Part shown: positions 36,691 to 45,061 of the stretch, in pieces
Layout of the letters: the number at the start of each line of letters is the position of its first letter
How positions within the stretch are numbered: position 1 is the stretch's first letter
Assembly: GCA_963831685.1 (NCBI GenBank)
Contig: CAWHRJ010000004.1
Span: 64,812-128,811, forward strand
Source of the DNA: an uncultured Pseudomonadota bacterium
GTDB taxonomy: Bacteria; Myxococcota_A; Polyangia; Fen-1088
DNA length: 64,000 nt
Reading direction: 5' to 3'
Translations under genes and position numbers: made by a program
Notes under the pieces: model-generated
What the model saw: only the letters and a program-made list of their open reading frames with translations
Databases searched by the model: none
What the model was told of the DNA's origin: nothing

Positions 36691-37605
36691 TCAGTCGGCG
36701 TTCGAGAGCCCGAGCGCGGCAGAGGTACACGGAGCGAGGTCGCGCGAGATCTCGGCGGCGACCGAGGCCACCTCGCTCCGCGACAGCTTGGCGCCGAGGC
36801 CGCGCTCGGACAGAATTCCCAGATTCGATCGGGCCAGTCCGGCAATGAAAGCGTTGAAGGCGACGAGCCCCGGCGCCGTTCCGGCGCGGCGCAAGAGCTC
36901 CACATACTCCTCGGCCCGGGTCAGAGCTTGGCCGGTCAGCGCGAGCACCGTGTGGAGGTCGACGTCGGTGGGAACGTAGACGCGCCCTTCCGCTGCGTCG
37001 CGCGGAGCATCCTTGAGAATGTTCACCAGCTGTAGCCCCTCTCCGAAGCTGGAAGCTCGGTTGCGGAGCTCTTCCGCCGAGGCGGCCAGCTCCGCCCGGT
37101 CGAGCAGGTAGAGCTCGGTCAGCATTTCCCCCACGATCCCGGCGACCGAATAGCAGTAGTCGCGGAGATCGTCGATGTCCGACAGGGTGAGGCCATTTCT
37201 CTCGTCGGAGCGCCGGACGAACTGTCGCATGCCCTCGACGCTTCGGATGAGGTGCCGCCGAATGGCCACCCGCGCGGGCAGCGGCAGGGCGCCGAAGTCA
37301 CGCAGGACCAGCGGGAGTCTGGCCAGCAGCTCTCGGTATCCGGCGTGCTCGAGAGGCGGCTCGCGCAGACACTCGCCGGCCAGTTCCTGCGCGGCCGTCG
37401 GGTCCTGGTCGAGCAGCCCGACGAATCGGCCCAGGGCCTCGAGCCGCCGCTCGCGCGTCCAGAGGACAGCATCCTCGAACGTGTCGGCGATCCGGAACAG
37501 CAAGTAGGCAATGCCGACTTGATTCCGCGTTGGTTCCGGCAAGAGCGGGATGGCCAACGCGAACGTCCGGCTCGTCCGTTGTAGCAGATCGTCAATGACC
37601 GACAT
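36691..37605 (-). CDS. squalene/phytoene synthase family protein
   Basis: SRTFALAIPLLP, the first Asp-rich region FRIADTFED, YCYSVAGIVGEML, and the second region NILKDAPRDAAEGRVYVP. Start set at ATG 37605 (MSVIDDLLQRTSRTF). Confidence 0.85.
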   Translation of the reverse strand: MSVIDDLLQRTSRTFALAIPLLPEPTRNQVGIAYLLFRIADTFEDAVLWTRERRLEALGRFVGLLDQDPTAAQELAGECLREPPLEHAGYRELLARLPLVLRDFGALPLPARVAIRRHLIRSVEGMRQFVRRSDERNGLTLSDIDDLRDYCYSVAGIVGEMLTELYLLDRAELAASAEELRNRASSFGEGLQLVNILKDAPRDAAEGRVYVPTDVDLHTVLALTGQALTRAEEYVELLRRAGTAPGLVAFNAFIAGLARSNLGILSERGLGAKLSRSEVASVAAEISRDLAPCTSAALGLSNAD

Positions 37606-37672
37606 GGGCAAAAGGCTAAGTCTGCCCTTGCGGAGCACAACCCGAGTGGCCCCTCTCTCCGACGGGGGCTCG

Positions 37673-40420
37673 ATGAGCACAAGACTGAGTGGGGCGTTCG
37701 TAGAACGGAGGCCAAGCAACGCTGCGCCGCCGAGGCCAGTCGCTCGTCTGGGCTCCCATGCTCGGTGGCGCCGCTCTGCAACGTGCATCGCGCTGATGAT
37801 TGCGCTGGCGCAGATCCCCCGAGCAGGCGCGGCGACACCGGCGGCGCCAGCATTCAAGCCGCCACGTCTGGTTCATTTCGTGGAGGCAGTCCTCCCCCCG
37901 GCGGCCGCGCGTCGCGAGGGAGAGGTCGTCCTCTCCCTCGACGTGGACGAGACGGGCAAGGTCGGCGCGGTCGAGGTCGCCAAGCCAGCGGGCGGAGAAG
38001 GGGGCGAAGTGCTCGACCAGGCGGCCCTCGCAGCGGCTCGCCAATTTGTTTTCGAGCCGGGAGAGGCCGACGGACATCCGGTTCCGGTGCGGGTTACGTA
38101 TAGCTATCGGTTCGTGTTCAAGCCCGATCTGCGTCCGCTGCCTGCCCCAGCCCCGAACGGGGTGCAGTCTCCACACGCCCCCGTCGTCCCGCTTACGGGG
38201 ACCGTGCGCCGGCGCGGTGATCGGACGGCCGTCGCTGGCGCGGTCGCGCTGGTCTCCGTAGCGCCGGGGGACGAGCGGCGGGCCATCACCGACGAACAGG
38301 GACGATTTTCGTTCGCTGCGCTCCCCGTCGGCGAGCACAAGCTGGCGCTGCGGGGCGCGGCGATTTTCCCCGTCGACGTCATGGTCGCGCTGCACGAAGG
38401 GAAGTCCACCGAGCTCAGCCTGTTCGTCGATGTCAAGGAGCGCTACGCCTCCACCGTGCGCGGGCAGCGCGCCGTCGTCGAGACCGTCGAGCAGACGCTC
38501 ACCACCGCAGAGATCCAGCACATTCCCGGCACCCAGGGCGATACGCTCAAGGCCGTTCAAAACCTGCCGGGCGTCGCGCGGGCGCCGTTCGGGATCGGCC
38601 TTCTGCCGGTCTGGGGCTCGGCGCCGGCCGACACGCGCGTCTACATCGACGGCGTGAACGTGCCCGTCCTCTATCACTTCGGCGGCCTGCGCTCGACCGT
38701 GAACAGCGAGATGATCGACGCGCTCACCTTCGTCCCCGGCGGGTACCAGGCCGACCATGGGCTCGGTCTCGGCGGGATCGTGGACGTCGATACGCGGAGG
38801 CCGCGCACCGACGGGCTGCACGGCTACGCGCAGATGGACCTGCTCGACGGCTCGCTCATGCTCGAGGGGCCCATCAGTAAGACATTGTCGTTCGCGGTGG
38901 CCGGACGGCGAAGCTGGATCGACGCCACCTTGCCTCTCTTCACCACCAGCACCTTCCAGCTCTCGCCGGTCTACTACGACTATCAGGCGCGGCTCTCCTG
39001 GCGGCCTTCCTCTTCGGGGCGGGACGTGGTCGACCTGTTCCTGTTTGGCTCGGATGACAAGCTCAGCCTCCTGGCCCGGGTCAAGAACGATGCGCTCGAC
39101 GCCACCGTCGACTCGCACACTTTCTTCCACCGGGCGCTCCTCAGCTGGGCGCACCGCTTCGATCGGGGGCGCACGCTCACGGTCACCTCGTCGGTCGGCT
39201 ACGACGCCCCCTTCGGGCTGGGGGTGGCGTTCGGCCAGACGCCGACCTCGCTCGACGAGCGCACCTTCGCCTATGCGACGCGGGCGGTCGGCCGCTGGCC
39301 GATCACCAGCACGCTGCGGCTCGATGGCGGCGTCGACTTCGAGGGAAACCGCTGGCAAGTCGACCGCGCCGGCTCGCCCGCGGCCGTCACCGATCTGGTG
39401 GGCGGCACCGGCGCCGGGGGGCTGGGCGCCAACGGCGGTTTCAGCGGCGCCGGCAGCGGCTACGCCATCGACGACCTGACGCTCTACACGAACAACGTCG
39501 CGCCGTTCGTGACCGCCACAATCGCCTTCTTCGGGCGCCGCTTCACCGTCACGCCGCAATTTCGCCTGCAGGTCATGACCTTCACCGGCTACCAGGGGAT
39601 GCCGGCGTCGTTCGACCGGGCGTTCGTCTCGCCCGAGCCGCGCCTGGCGCTGCGCTACCAGCTCACCCCGCGCGTGGCGCTCAAGGGCGCGGTGGGCCTC
39701 TACGCGCAGCCGCCGGATCCGACGGCCTTCTCGCAAGACTTCGGCAATCCGAACATCCTCCCCGAGCACGGCACGCAGTATGTCGTCGGCGCCGAAGGGG
39801 AGCTCTGGCCGGGACTGACGGCCGAGATCGATCTCTTCTGGAAGAACCTGCGCGACCTGGTCGTCCCCGGGCAAAATCCCGGCGATCCGCTGCTCACCAA
39901 CGACGGCATCGGGCGCGCCTACGGCGGAGAGGTCCTCGTTCGCCAGAACCTGGGCAAGCGCCTCTTCGGCTGGCTCGCCTACACGCTCTCGCGGAGCGAG
40001 CGGAAGGATCATCCCGGTCAGAGTTGGTATCCGTTCGAGTTCGACCAGACCAACATCCTCACCGTGATGCTCAGCTACTTCCTGCCGCGCGGGTTCGAGG
40101 TGGGCGCGCGCTATCGCTACGTGACCGGAGATCCCTATACGGCCGTCACCGGCTCGTTCTACGACTCGGTCTCCGACAAGTACACGCCGCTCTCCGGCCC
40201 CACCAACAGCGCGCGCCTCGGCCCCTTCAACCAGCTCGACCTGCGCGTCGACAAGGTCTTCACCTTCGACCGCTGGCGCTTCTCCTTCTACCTCGACGTC
40301 CAGAACACGCTGCGCGCCGACAACCCCGAGGCGGTCGGATACAACTACAACTACACGATCGCGCATCCCATCACAGGGTTGCCGCTGCTGCCGATTCTCG
40401 GGATCCGGGGGGACTTCTGA
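37673..40420 (+). CDS. TonB-dependent-receptor-like outer membrane protein with N-terminal TonB_C-like and carboxypeptidase-regulatory-like domains
   Basis: TonB_C-like block (VEAVLPPAAARREGEVVLSLDVDETGKV...RVTYSYRFVF) and CarboxypepD_reg-like block (LTGTVRRRGDRTAVAGAVALV...GRFSFAALPVGEHKL). Plug motif GDTLKAVQNLPGVAR, a long barrel, and terminal GIRGDF. The start is uncertain (ATG 37673 chosen; signal-like CIALMIALAQIPRAGA). Confidence 0.8.
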   Translation: MSTRLSGAFVERRPSNAAPPRPVARLGSHARWRRSATCIALMIALAQIPRAGAATPAAPAFKPPRLVHFVEAVLPPAAARREGEVVLSLDVDETGKVGAVEVAKPAGGEGGEVLDQAALAAARQFVFEPGEADGHPVPVRVTYSYRFVFKPDLRPLPAPAPNGVQSPHAPVVPLTGTVRRRGDRTAVAGAVALVSVAPGDERRAITDEQGRFSFAALPVGEHKLALRGAAIFPVDVMVALHEGKSTELSLFVDVKERYASTVRGQRAVVETVEQTLTTAEIQHIPGTQGDTLKAVQNLPGVARAPFGIGLLPVWGSAPADTRVYIDGVNVPVLYHFGGLRSTVNSEMIDALTFVPGGYQADHGLGLGGIVDVDTRRPRTDGLHGYAQMDLLDGSLMLEGPISKTLSFAVAGRRSWIDATLPLFTTSTFQLSPVYYDYQARLSWRPSSSGRDVVDLFLFGSDDKLSLLARVKNDALDATVDSHTFFHRALLSWAHRFDRGRTLTVTSSVGYDAPFGLGVAFGQTPTSLDERTFAYATRAVGRWPITSTLRLDGGVDFEGNRWQVDRAGSPAAVTDLVGGTGAGGLGANGGFSGAGSGYAIDDLTLYTNNVAPFVTATIAFFGRRFTVTPQFRLQVMTFTGYQGMPASFDRAFVSPEPRLALRYQLTPRVALKGAVGLYAQPPDPTAFSQDFGNPNILPEHGTQYVVGAEGELWPGLTAEIDLFWKNLRDLVVPGQNPGDPLLTNDGIGRAYGGEVLVRQNLGKRLFGWLAYTLSRSERKDHPGQSWYPFEFDQTNILTVMLSYFLPRGFEVGARYRYVTGDPYTAVTGSFYDSVSDKYTPLSGPTNSARLGPFNQLDLRVDKVFTFDRWRFSFYLDVQNTLRADNPEAVGYNYNYTIAHPITGLPLLPILGIRGDF

Positions 40421-41262
40421 TGTCGCCCTCGCGGATTCTGGCTTCCGTCTGCAGCGCCGGCTGCGTCCTCGCCTGGCTGGGTGGATGCCAGACCTTCTCC
40501 GATCCACCGGTCAGCTTCGTCGCCGGGCTGCGCGTGCTCGGCATCAAGGCCGAGCCGCCGCAGATCGCGCCGGGCGCGAGCACGACGGTGGCGGCGCTGG
40601 TGGTCGACACCTACGGCGGAACGCCCGCGGCGTCCTGGAGCCAGTGCCTCCTGCCGCCGTTGCCGGGGAAGACGGTCAACACCGCCTGCATCGACGGGTC
40701 GGCGGGGGCTGAGCTCCAGCCGATCGGCGACGGTCTGACGATCCCCTTCGTGATGCCGCAGGTCGCGGCCGCATCGCTGGGCGCCCCCGACGCGACGGGC
40801 GGCGTCTATCTGCCGCTCGTGGCGGCCGTCGACGCGAGCCCGCAGACCCTCACCGCCGTCTATCGGTTGCGCCTCGCCGACGGCGCCCCGGCCAACACCA
40901 ATCCGACCATCGCCGACGTCTTCTCCGTCGACGCGGCCGGCACGATGTCGGCGCTCGACCCGACGGCGCCGACGCCGGTGCAGTCCGGCGGGGCGCTCAG
41001 CCTGAAAGTGACTTTCGCGCCCGACAGCCCCCAGATCTACACCGCCGCCGACGGGACGGTGACGACCGAAACGCTCACCACCTCCTGGTTCTGCACCGCC
41101 GGTGAGCTGAGCTTCGAAAAGACCAGCGCCACCCAGCCCGAGACGGTGTTGCACCTCGACCAGCGCCTGCCGGCGGCGGGCGCGCAGATCGATCTCTACG
41201 CCGTCGCCCGCGACGAACGCGGCGGCACCGACTTCGCACATCGCACCCTGTTGCTCCAGTAA
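40420..41262 (+). CDS. hypothetical lipoprotein co-transcribed with the receptor
   Basis: The ATG overlaps the receptor stop (TGATG). Has a lipobox (LGGC). No recognised domain. Confidence 0.6.
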   Translation: MSPSRILASVCSAGCVLAWLGGCQTFSDPPVSFVAGLRVLGIKAEPPQIAPGASTTVAALVVDTYGGTPAASWSQCLLPPLPGKTVNTACIDGSAGAELQPIGDGLTIPFVMPQVAAASLGAPDATGGVYLPLVAAVDASPQTLTAVYRLRLADGAPANTNPTIADVFSVDAAGTMSALDPTAPTPVQSGGALSLKVTFAPDSPQIYTAADGTVTTETLTTSWFCTAGELSFEKTSATQPETVLHLDQRLPAAGAQIDLYAVARDERGGTDFAHRTLLLQ

Positions 41263-41286
41263 AGGAAGGAAAAGGAAGTAACGAAG

Positions 41287-41901
41287 ATGGATGTTTCGGC
41301 AAGGTTCCTCGCGTTCACGCTCCACGGCGCCACATGGGTGCTCTGGCTGCTGATCGCTCTCAGCGTCATGAGCATGGCCGTCATGCTCGAACGGCTCTGG
41401 TACTTTCGCGCTCACCGGGTCGGCCGGCGCGATCTGGCGGCGGAGATTCGGACGCTGCTGCGAGAGTGCGCCGATCGCGGGGAGGGCGGACCAGCCGCGC
41501 CGATCGAGATGACGGCCGCGATCGAGGGAGCCAAGACGCGCGAGCGCTTGCGCCTCGAGCGGCGGCTCCCCTTTCTGGCAACGCTCGGCTCCAACGGGCC
41601 GTTCGTCGGTCTCTTCGGGACGGTGCTGGGGATCATCAAGGCCTTTCACGATCTGGCGGCCACGGCAGGAACGGCCGGCGCGGGCGCCTCGACCGTGATG
41701 GCGGGGATCTCGGAGGCGCTGGTGGCCACGGCGATCGGCCTCCTGGTCGCCATCCCCGCCGTCGTCGCCTTCAACTACTTCAGCCGCCGGGTCCGCGTGC
41801 GGATGGCGGAGGTCGACTGGCTGGCGCACCTAGCTGCGGAGGACGTTCAGTCGGGCTGGGCGCGCACCGACGAGCAGCAGCCGTTGCGGCGGAGCGCCTG
41901 A
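41287..41901 (+). CDS. exbB: MotA/TolQ/ExbB proton-channel protein
   Basis: Three TM helices and GPFVGLFGTVLGIIKAF. Confidence 0.9.
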   Translation: MDVSARFLAFTLHGATWVLWLLIALSVMSMAVMLERLWYFRAHRVGRRDLAAEIRTLLRECADRGEGGPAAPIEMTAAIEGAKTRERLRLERRLPFLATLGSNGPFVGLFGTVLGIIKAFHDLAATAGTAGAGASTVMAGISEALVATAIGLLVAIPAVVAFNYFSRRVRVRMAEVDWLAHLAAEDVQSGWARTDEQQPLRRSA

Positions 41902-42332
41902 TGGCGGCCGCTGGTCCCGATCGCGACGACTGCGGCGGCATGTTCGCCGCCATCAACGTCACGCCGATGGTCGACGTGACGCTGGTGCTGCTGGTCATCT
42001 TCATGGTGGCCGCGCCGCTCATCGTCGCCAACCCGTCGATCAAGGTGGCGCTGCCCAAGGCGGCGACGGCTGATGAGACCAAGCGGTCGACGCTGGCCCT
42101 CACGCTGGAGCGGGAGTCCGCCGGTGGCTACAAGCTCTACCGCGACGGCAAGCCGACCGATGAGCAGGCAGTGCGGGCGGTCGTGCCGGGATTGCTGAAG
42201 AGCGATCCAGAGCTGCAGGCGGTCGTCGCCGCGGATCGCGGGATCGCCTACGGCGACGTCATGCACGTCGTCGACGTCATCAAGGCGCTCGGCGTGACGA
42301 AGTTCGCGCTCAACACGCAGTCGGGCCCGTAA
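41901..42332 (+). CDS. exbD: biopolymer transport protein ExbD/TolR
   Basis: The ATG overlaps the exbB stop. Motifs INVTPMVDVTLVLLVIFMV and DVIKALG. Confidence 0.9.
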   Translation: MAAAGPDRDDCGGMFAAINVTPMVDVTLVLLVIFMVAAPLIVANPSIKVALPKAATADETKRSTLALTLERESAGGYKLYRDGKPTDEQAVRAVVPGLLKSDPELQAVVAADRGIAYGDVMHVVDVIKALGVTKFALNTQSGP

Positions 42333-42337
42333 GGAAT

Positions 42338-43120
42338 TTGTCAGTGTCTCGCCGGGCCGATCTGGTCACCCTGGTGGTGGCGGTCGTCGTTCATGTCGGC
42401 TTCGCGGTCGCGATCGCCCGCGAACATGTCGGCACGCGGGCCGCCACCAGCACGGTCGAGCTGGAGTTCGCGAAGCAACCGCCTCCGGTCGCCACCGCCC
42501 ATCCGGCGGCTGCAGCCGGGCCAGCGCATGCGGCCCCCGCCCTGCCCAAGCCCCGGCGCCAGCTGGCGCAGCGCCCGCGCGCCGTGCCCGTCAGCCACCC
42601 AGCTCTTGAGACCGCCGCCTCACCCGCGCCGGCACCCACACCGCAAAGACCGATGTTTGCGGTGTCGATGGCATCGACGAGCGAGGTCGCCACGGGAATC
42701 GCCGTTCCGGCAGGCGCGGCCGCGGCGGCCGAGCCGTCGCGACCCGGGGGTGCCGCCGCGGGGCGCACAGCCGGGACCGCGTCCTCCGGTAACGGCGAGG
42801 GCGCCTACCAACCGGCGTCGGAGTCGGAGGTCACGACAATGCCGGAGGTAGACACCGATGCTTGCGGGAAGACCATCGCCTACCCGGACGAGGCCGAGCA
42901 AGCGGGGATCGAAGGGGACGTCCGCCTGCGTGTTGCGCTCACCCCCGAGGGGCACGTCTACGCCGTCCGCGTCCTCTCCGGACTGGGCCACGGACTCGAT
43001 CGTGCCGCCGCCGAGGCGCTCAAGCACCGCTGCCGCTTCTCGCCGGCCATCGGCAAGGGGGGAAAGCCCGTGGCCTTCGTGATTCAGTCCTACACGTTCC
43101 ACTTCCAGCTCCCGCGCTGA
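42338..43120 (+). CDS. tonB: energy transducer TonB
   Basis: N-terminal TM anchor, Pro/Ala-rich spacer, and a C-terminal TonB_C (YPDEAEQAGIEGDVRLRVALTPEGHVYAVRVL...SYTFHF). TTG start. Confidence 0.8.
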   Translation: MSVSRRADLVTLVVAVVVHVGFAVAIAREHVGTRAATSTVELEFAKQPPPVATAHPAAAAGPAHAAPALPKPRRQLAQRPRAVPVSHPALETAASPAPAPTPQRPMFAVSMASTSEVATGIAVPAGAAAAAEPSRPGGAAAGRTAGTASSGNGEGAYQPASESEVTTMPEVDTDACGKTIAYPDEAEQAGIEGDVRLRVALTPEGHVYAVRVLSGLGHGLDRAAAEALKHRCRFSPAIGKGGKPVAFVIQSYTFHFQLPR

Positions 43121-43274
43121 GTGCGGACCCGGCGGACCGCCTCCCGGATCGGCCGGCTGAGGCGGGTGATCACCGAAAAGAGGATCCCGGCCCACGACTG
43201 GTAGAAGACTCGCGGCGCGGGAACGTCGTCGGGGGGCGCGGGCCATCCGCAGTGTTTAGAATTGAAGCGCCAGA

Positions 43275-44066
43275 ATGCCGAGCCGCGCGCGTTTCGCTCC
43301 ACTCTTCATCTTTGTTCTGGCGCCCGCCGTCGTCGCGACGGCAACGGCGACCGGGGCGACGCCGGAAGCGGCGAGCGGGACGCCGCTGCTTCCCGAGGCG
43401 CTGGCGCGCCTGGATGCGCTGCACGCGCGGCGCGACGAGCCGGCGGCGCGGGCCGAGGCGCGCCGCCTGGCCGACGCTGCGCTTGCGCAGGCGCCCGCCG
43501 ATTGTGGCGCCCTCTGGCGCGCCGCGCGCGAGCTGTTCGACGAAAGCGACGCCCCCCATCTCTCCGACGACCAGCGGTCGCGGCTCGGCGAGCAGGCCTA
43601 CGCGCTGGCCGAGCGCGCCACCGCCGCCAACCCCAACGACGTCGCCGCGCAATACTGGGCGGCGCTCAGCATCGGCCGCTACGCCGAGACGATGGGGGTC
43701 CTGCGCGCCATCGCGAACGGCATCGAAGGGAAGTTCAAGCGACCGCTAGAGCGCGCCACCGCCCTCGACGTCCGCTACGACCACGGCAACATCCCGGCCG
43801 TCTGGGCCGCCTACTATTTGGAGCTCCCCTGGCCCAAGCGCGATCGCGACAAGGCGGCCGCGGAGCTGCAGCGCTCGCTCGCGATCAATCCCGCCAACCT
43901 GCGAGCAAGGCTCTATCAGGCGCGGATCGCCGCCGATCAAGATCATCTGGCCGACGCCAAGGCGCTGCTGGCGGCGATCGCCGCCGCGCCCGTCGGCCGC
44001 TACGACCCGCCCGAGGAGCGTGCGGTGAAGAAGGAAGCGGCCGCCATGGCGGCGAAGCTGCACTAG
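43275..44066 (+). CDS. hypothetical secreted helical-repeat (TPR-like) protein
   Basis: Signal peptide and Ala/Leu/Arg-rich helical composition. No specific motif. Confidence 0.55.
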   Translation: MPSRARFAPLFIFVLAPAVVATATATGATPEAASGTPLLPEALARLDALHARRDEPAARAEARRLADAALAQAPADCGALWRAARELFDESDAPHLSDDQRSRLGEQAYALAERATAANPNDVAAQYWAALSIGRYAETMGVLRAIANGIEGKFKRPLERATALDVRYDHGNIPAVWAAYYLELPWPKRDRDKAAAELQRSLAINPANLRARLYQARIAADQDHLADAKALLAAIAAAPVGRYDPPEERAVKKEAAAMAAKLH

Positions 44067-44485
44067 CGAATCTAGTTCCTGCAGCGCACGTGAACCGAAA
44101 CGCGCAGTTCAAGATCGTGCATGTGTGCGATCACCGGGACCTCGACTACGTGCTCTGGGATGCGCGCACCCGCGAGGGGCGTGCCTGCCACGACTTTCAC
44201 AACCCGTACGCGTTCCCCGAGGAGTGTCTGACGGATCGCGCGAAGGCGGCCGTCGCTGCAATCGTGGACTATCTGGTCGTGACCTACCGGAGCCGGACGC
44301 GCGCACTTTCAATGGCTTGCGGGATTGCCGTCCTCGTCCGTCAAGACCTTCGCCGACAAGCTCTGGTCAGCGTCCATCCCGAGCAGCTACTGGGACGGAA
44401 CGCTCTACATGCTCGCGTTGCTTCACGTGACCGGCACGTTCCATTCTGGTACTGACCGCCGTCGCCGGACGTGTCGCCGAAACCG

Positions 44486-45025
44486 TCATGGGCAGGGGGC
44501 GCCGCAGGTGGTGACGTCGCCGCTCGGACAGACGACGGGCACCCCCGCGGCACAATCGACGATATCGCAGCCTTCGGTGCCGGCGAGCGCGGCGGGGCAA
44601 TGGACGACGCAGGCGGCGCCGGCGGCGCAGCTGGTGTGGCAGGGCGACGCCGAACAGGTGAACGAGCAGCTGCTCCCCGCGCCGCAAACGCACTGGCCGT
44701 CGGCGCACGTGCCCGAGCAGCTGCTGTCGGGCTCGCAGGTCACGTGACAGGGGGGCGCCTTGCAGGTGAAGTCGCACGAGCTGCCGCCGCCGCAGGTGCA
44801 GGTCCCGTTCGCGCACACGGCCTGGCAGCTGCCGTTGTTCCCCTCGCAGGTCACGTGACAGGGGGGCGCGGTGCAGACGAATTGGCAGGCGTCGCCGGAC
44901 GGACAGGTGCAGGTTCCGCTGCGGCAACCGCCCGCGGGCCCGCAGGCGGTCAGACCGACGGCCAGCACCGCCGCCAGCACGGCGGCGACGCCAGCGCGCA
45001 GACACACTCGGATCGGAAGGGGCAT
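44486..45025 (-). CDS. extremely Cys-rich repeat lipoprotein
   Basis: Lipobox LTAC. Three roughly 38-aa repeats of the form C-x-C-x2-G-x2-C-x-F-x-C-x-A-P-P-C-H-V-T-C-E. About one residue in five of the mature protein is Cys. ATG 45025 is preferred over TTG 45031. Confidence 0.7.
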   Translation of the reverse strand: MPLPIRVCLRAGVAAVLAAVLAVGLTACGPAGGCRSGTCTCPSGDACQFVCTAPPCHVTCEGNNGSCQAVCANGTCTCGGGSSCDFTCKAPPCHVTCEPDSSCSGTCADGQCVCGAGSSCSFTCSASPCHTSCAAGAACVVHCPAALAGTEGCDIVDCAAGVPVVCPSGDVTTCGAPCP

Positions 45026-45061
45026 CGACAAGTCAGGCGCATTCTAGCCTCTCCGCCGGAA

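Noticed and set aside
43262-44455. 397-codon plus-strand ORF spanning the 43275-44066 gene in another frame.
   Set aside because: It gives an Arg/Ala-rich translation. The 43275 frame instead gives a signal peptide and a balanced helical protein.
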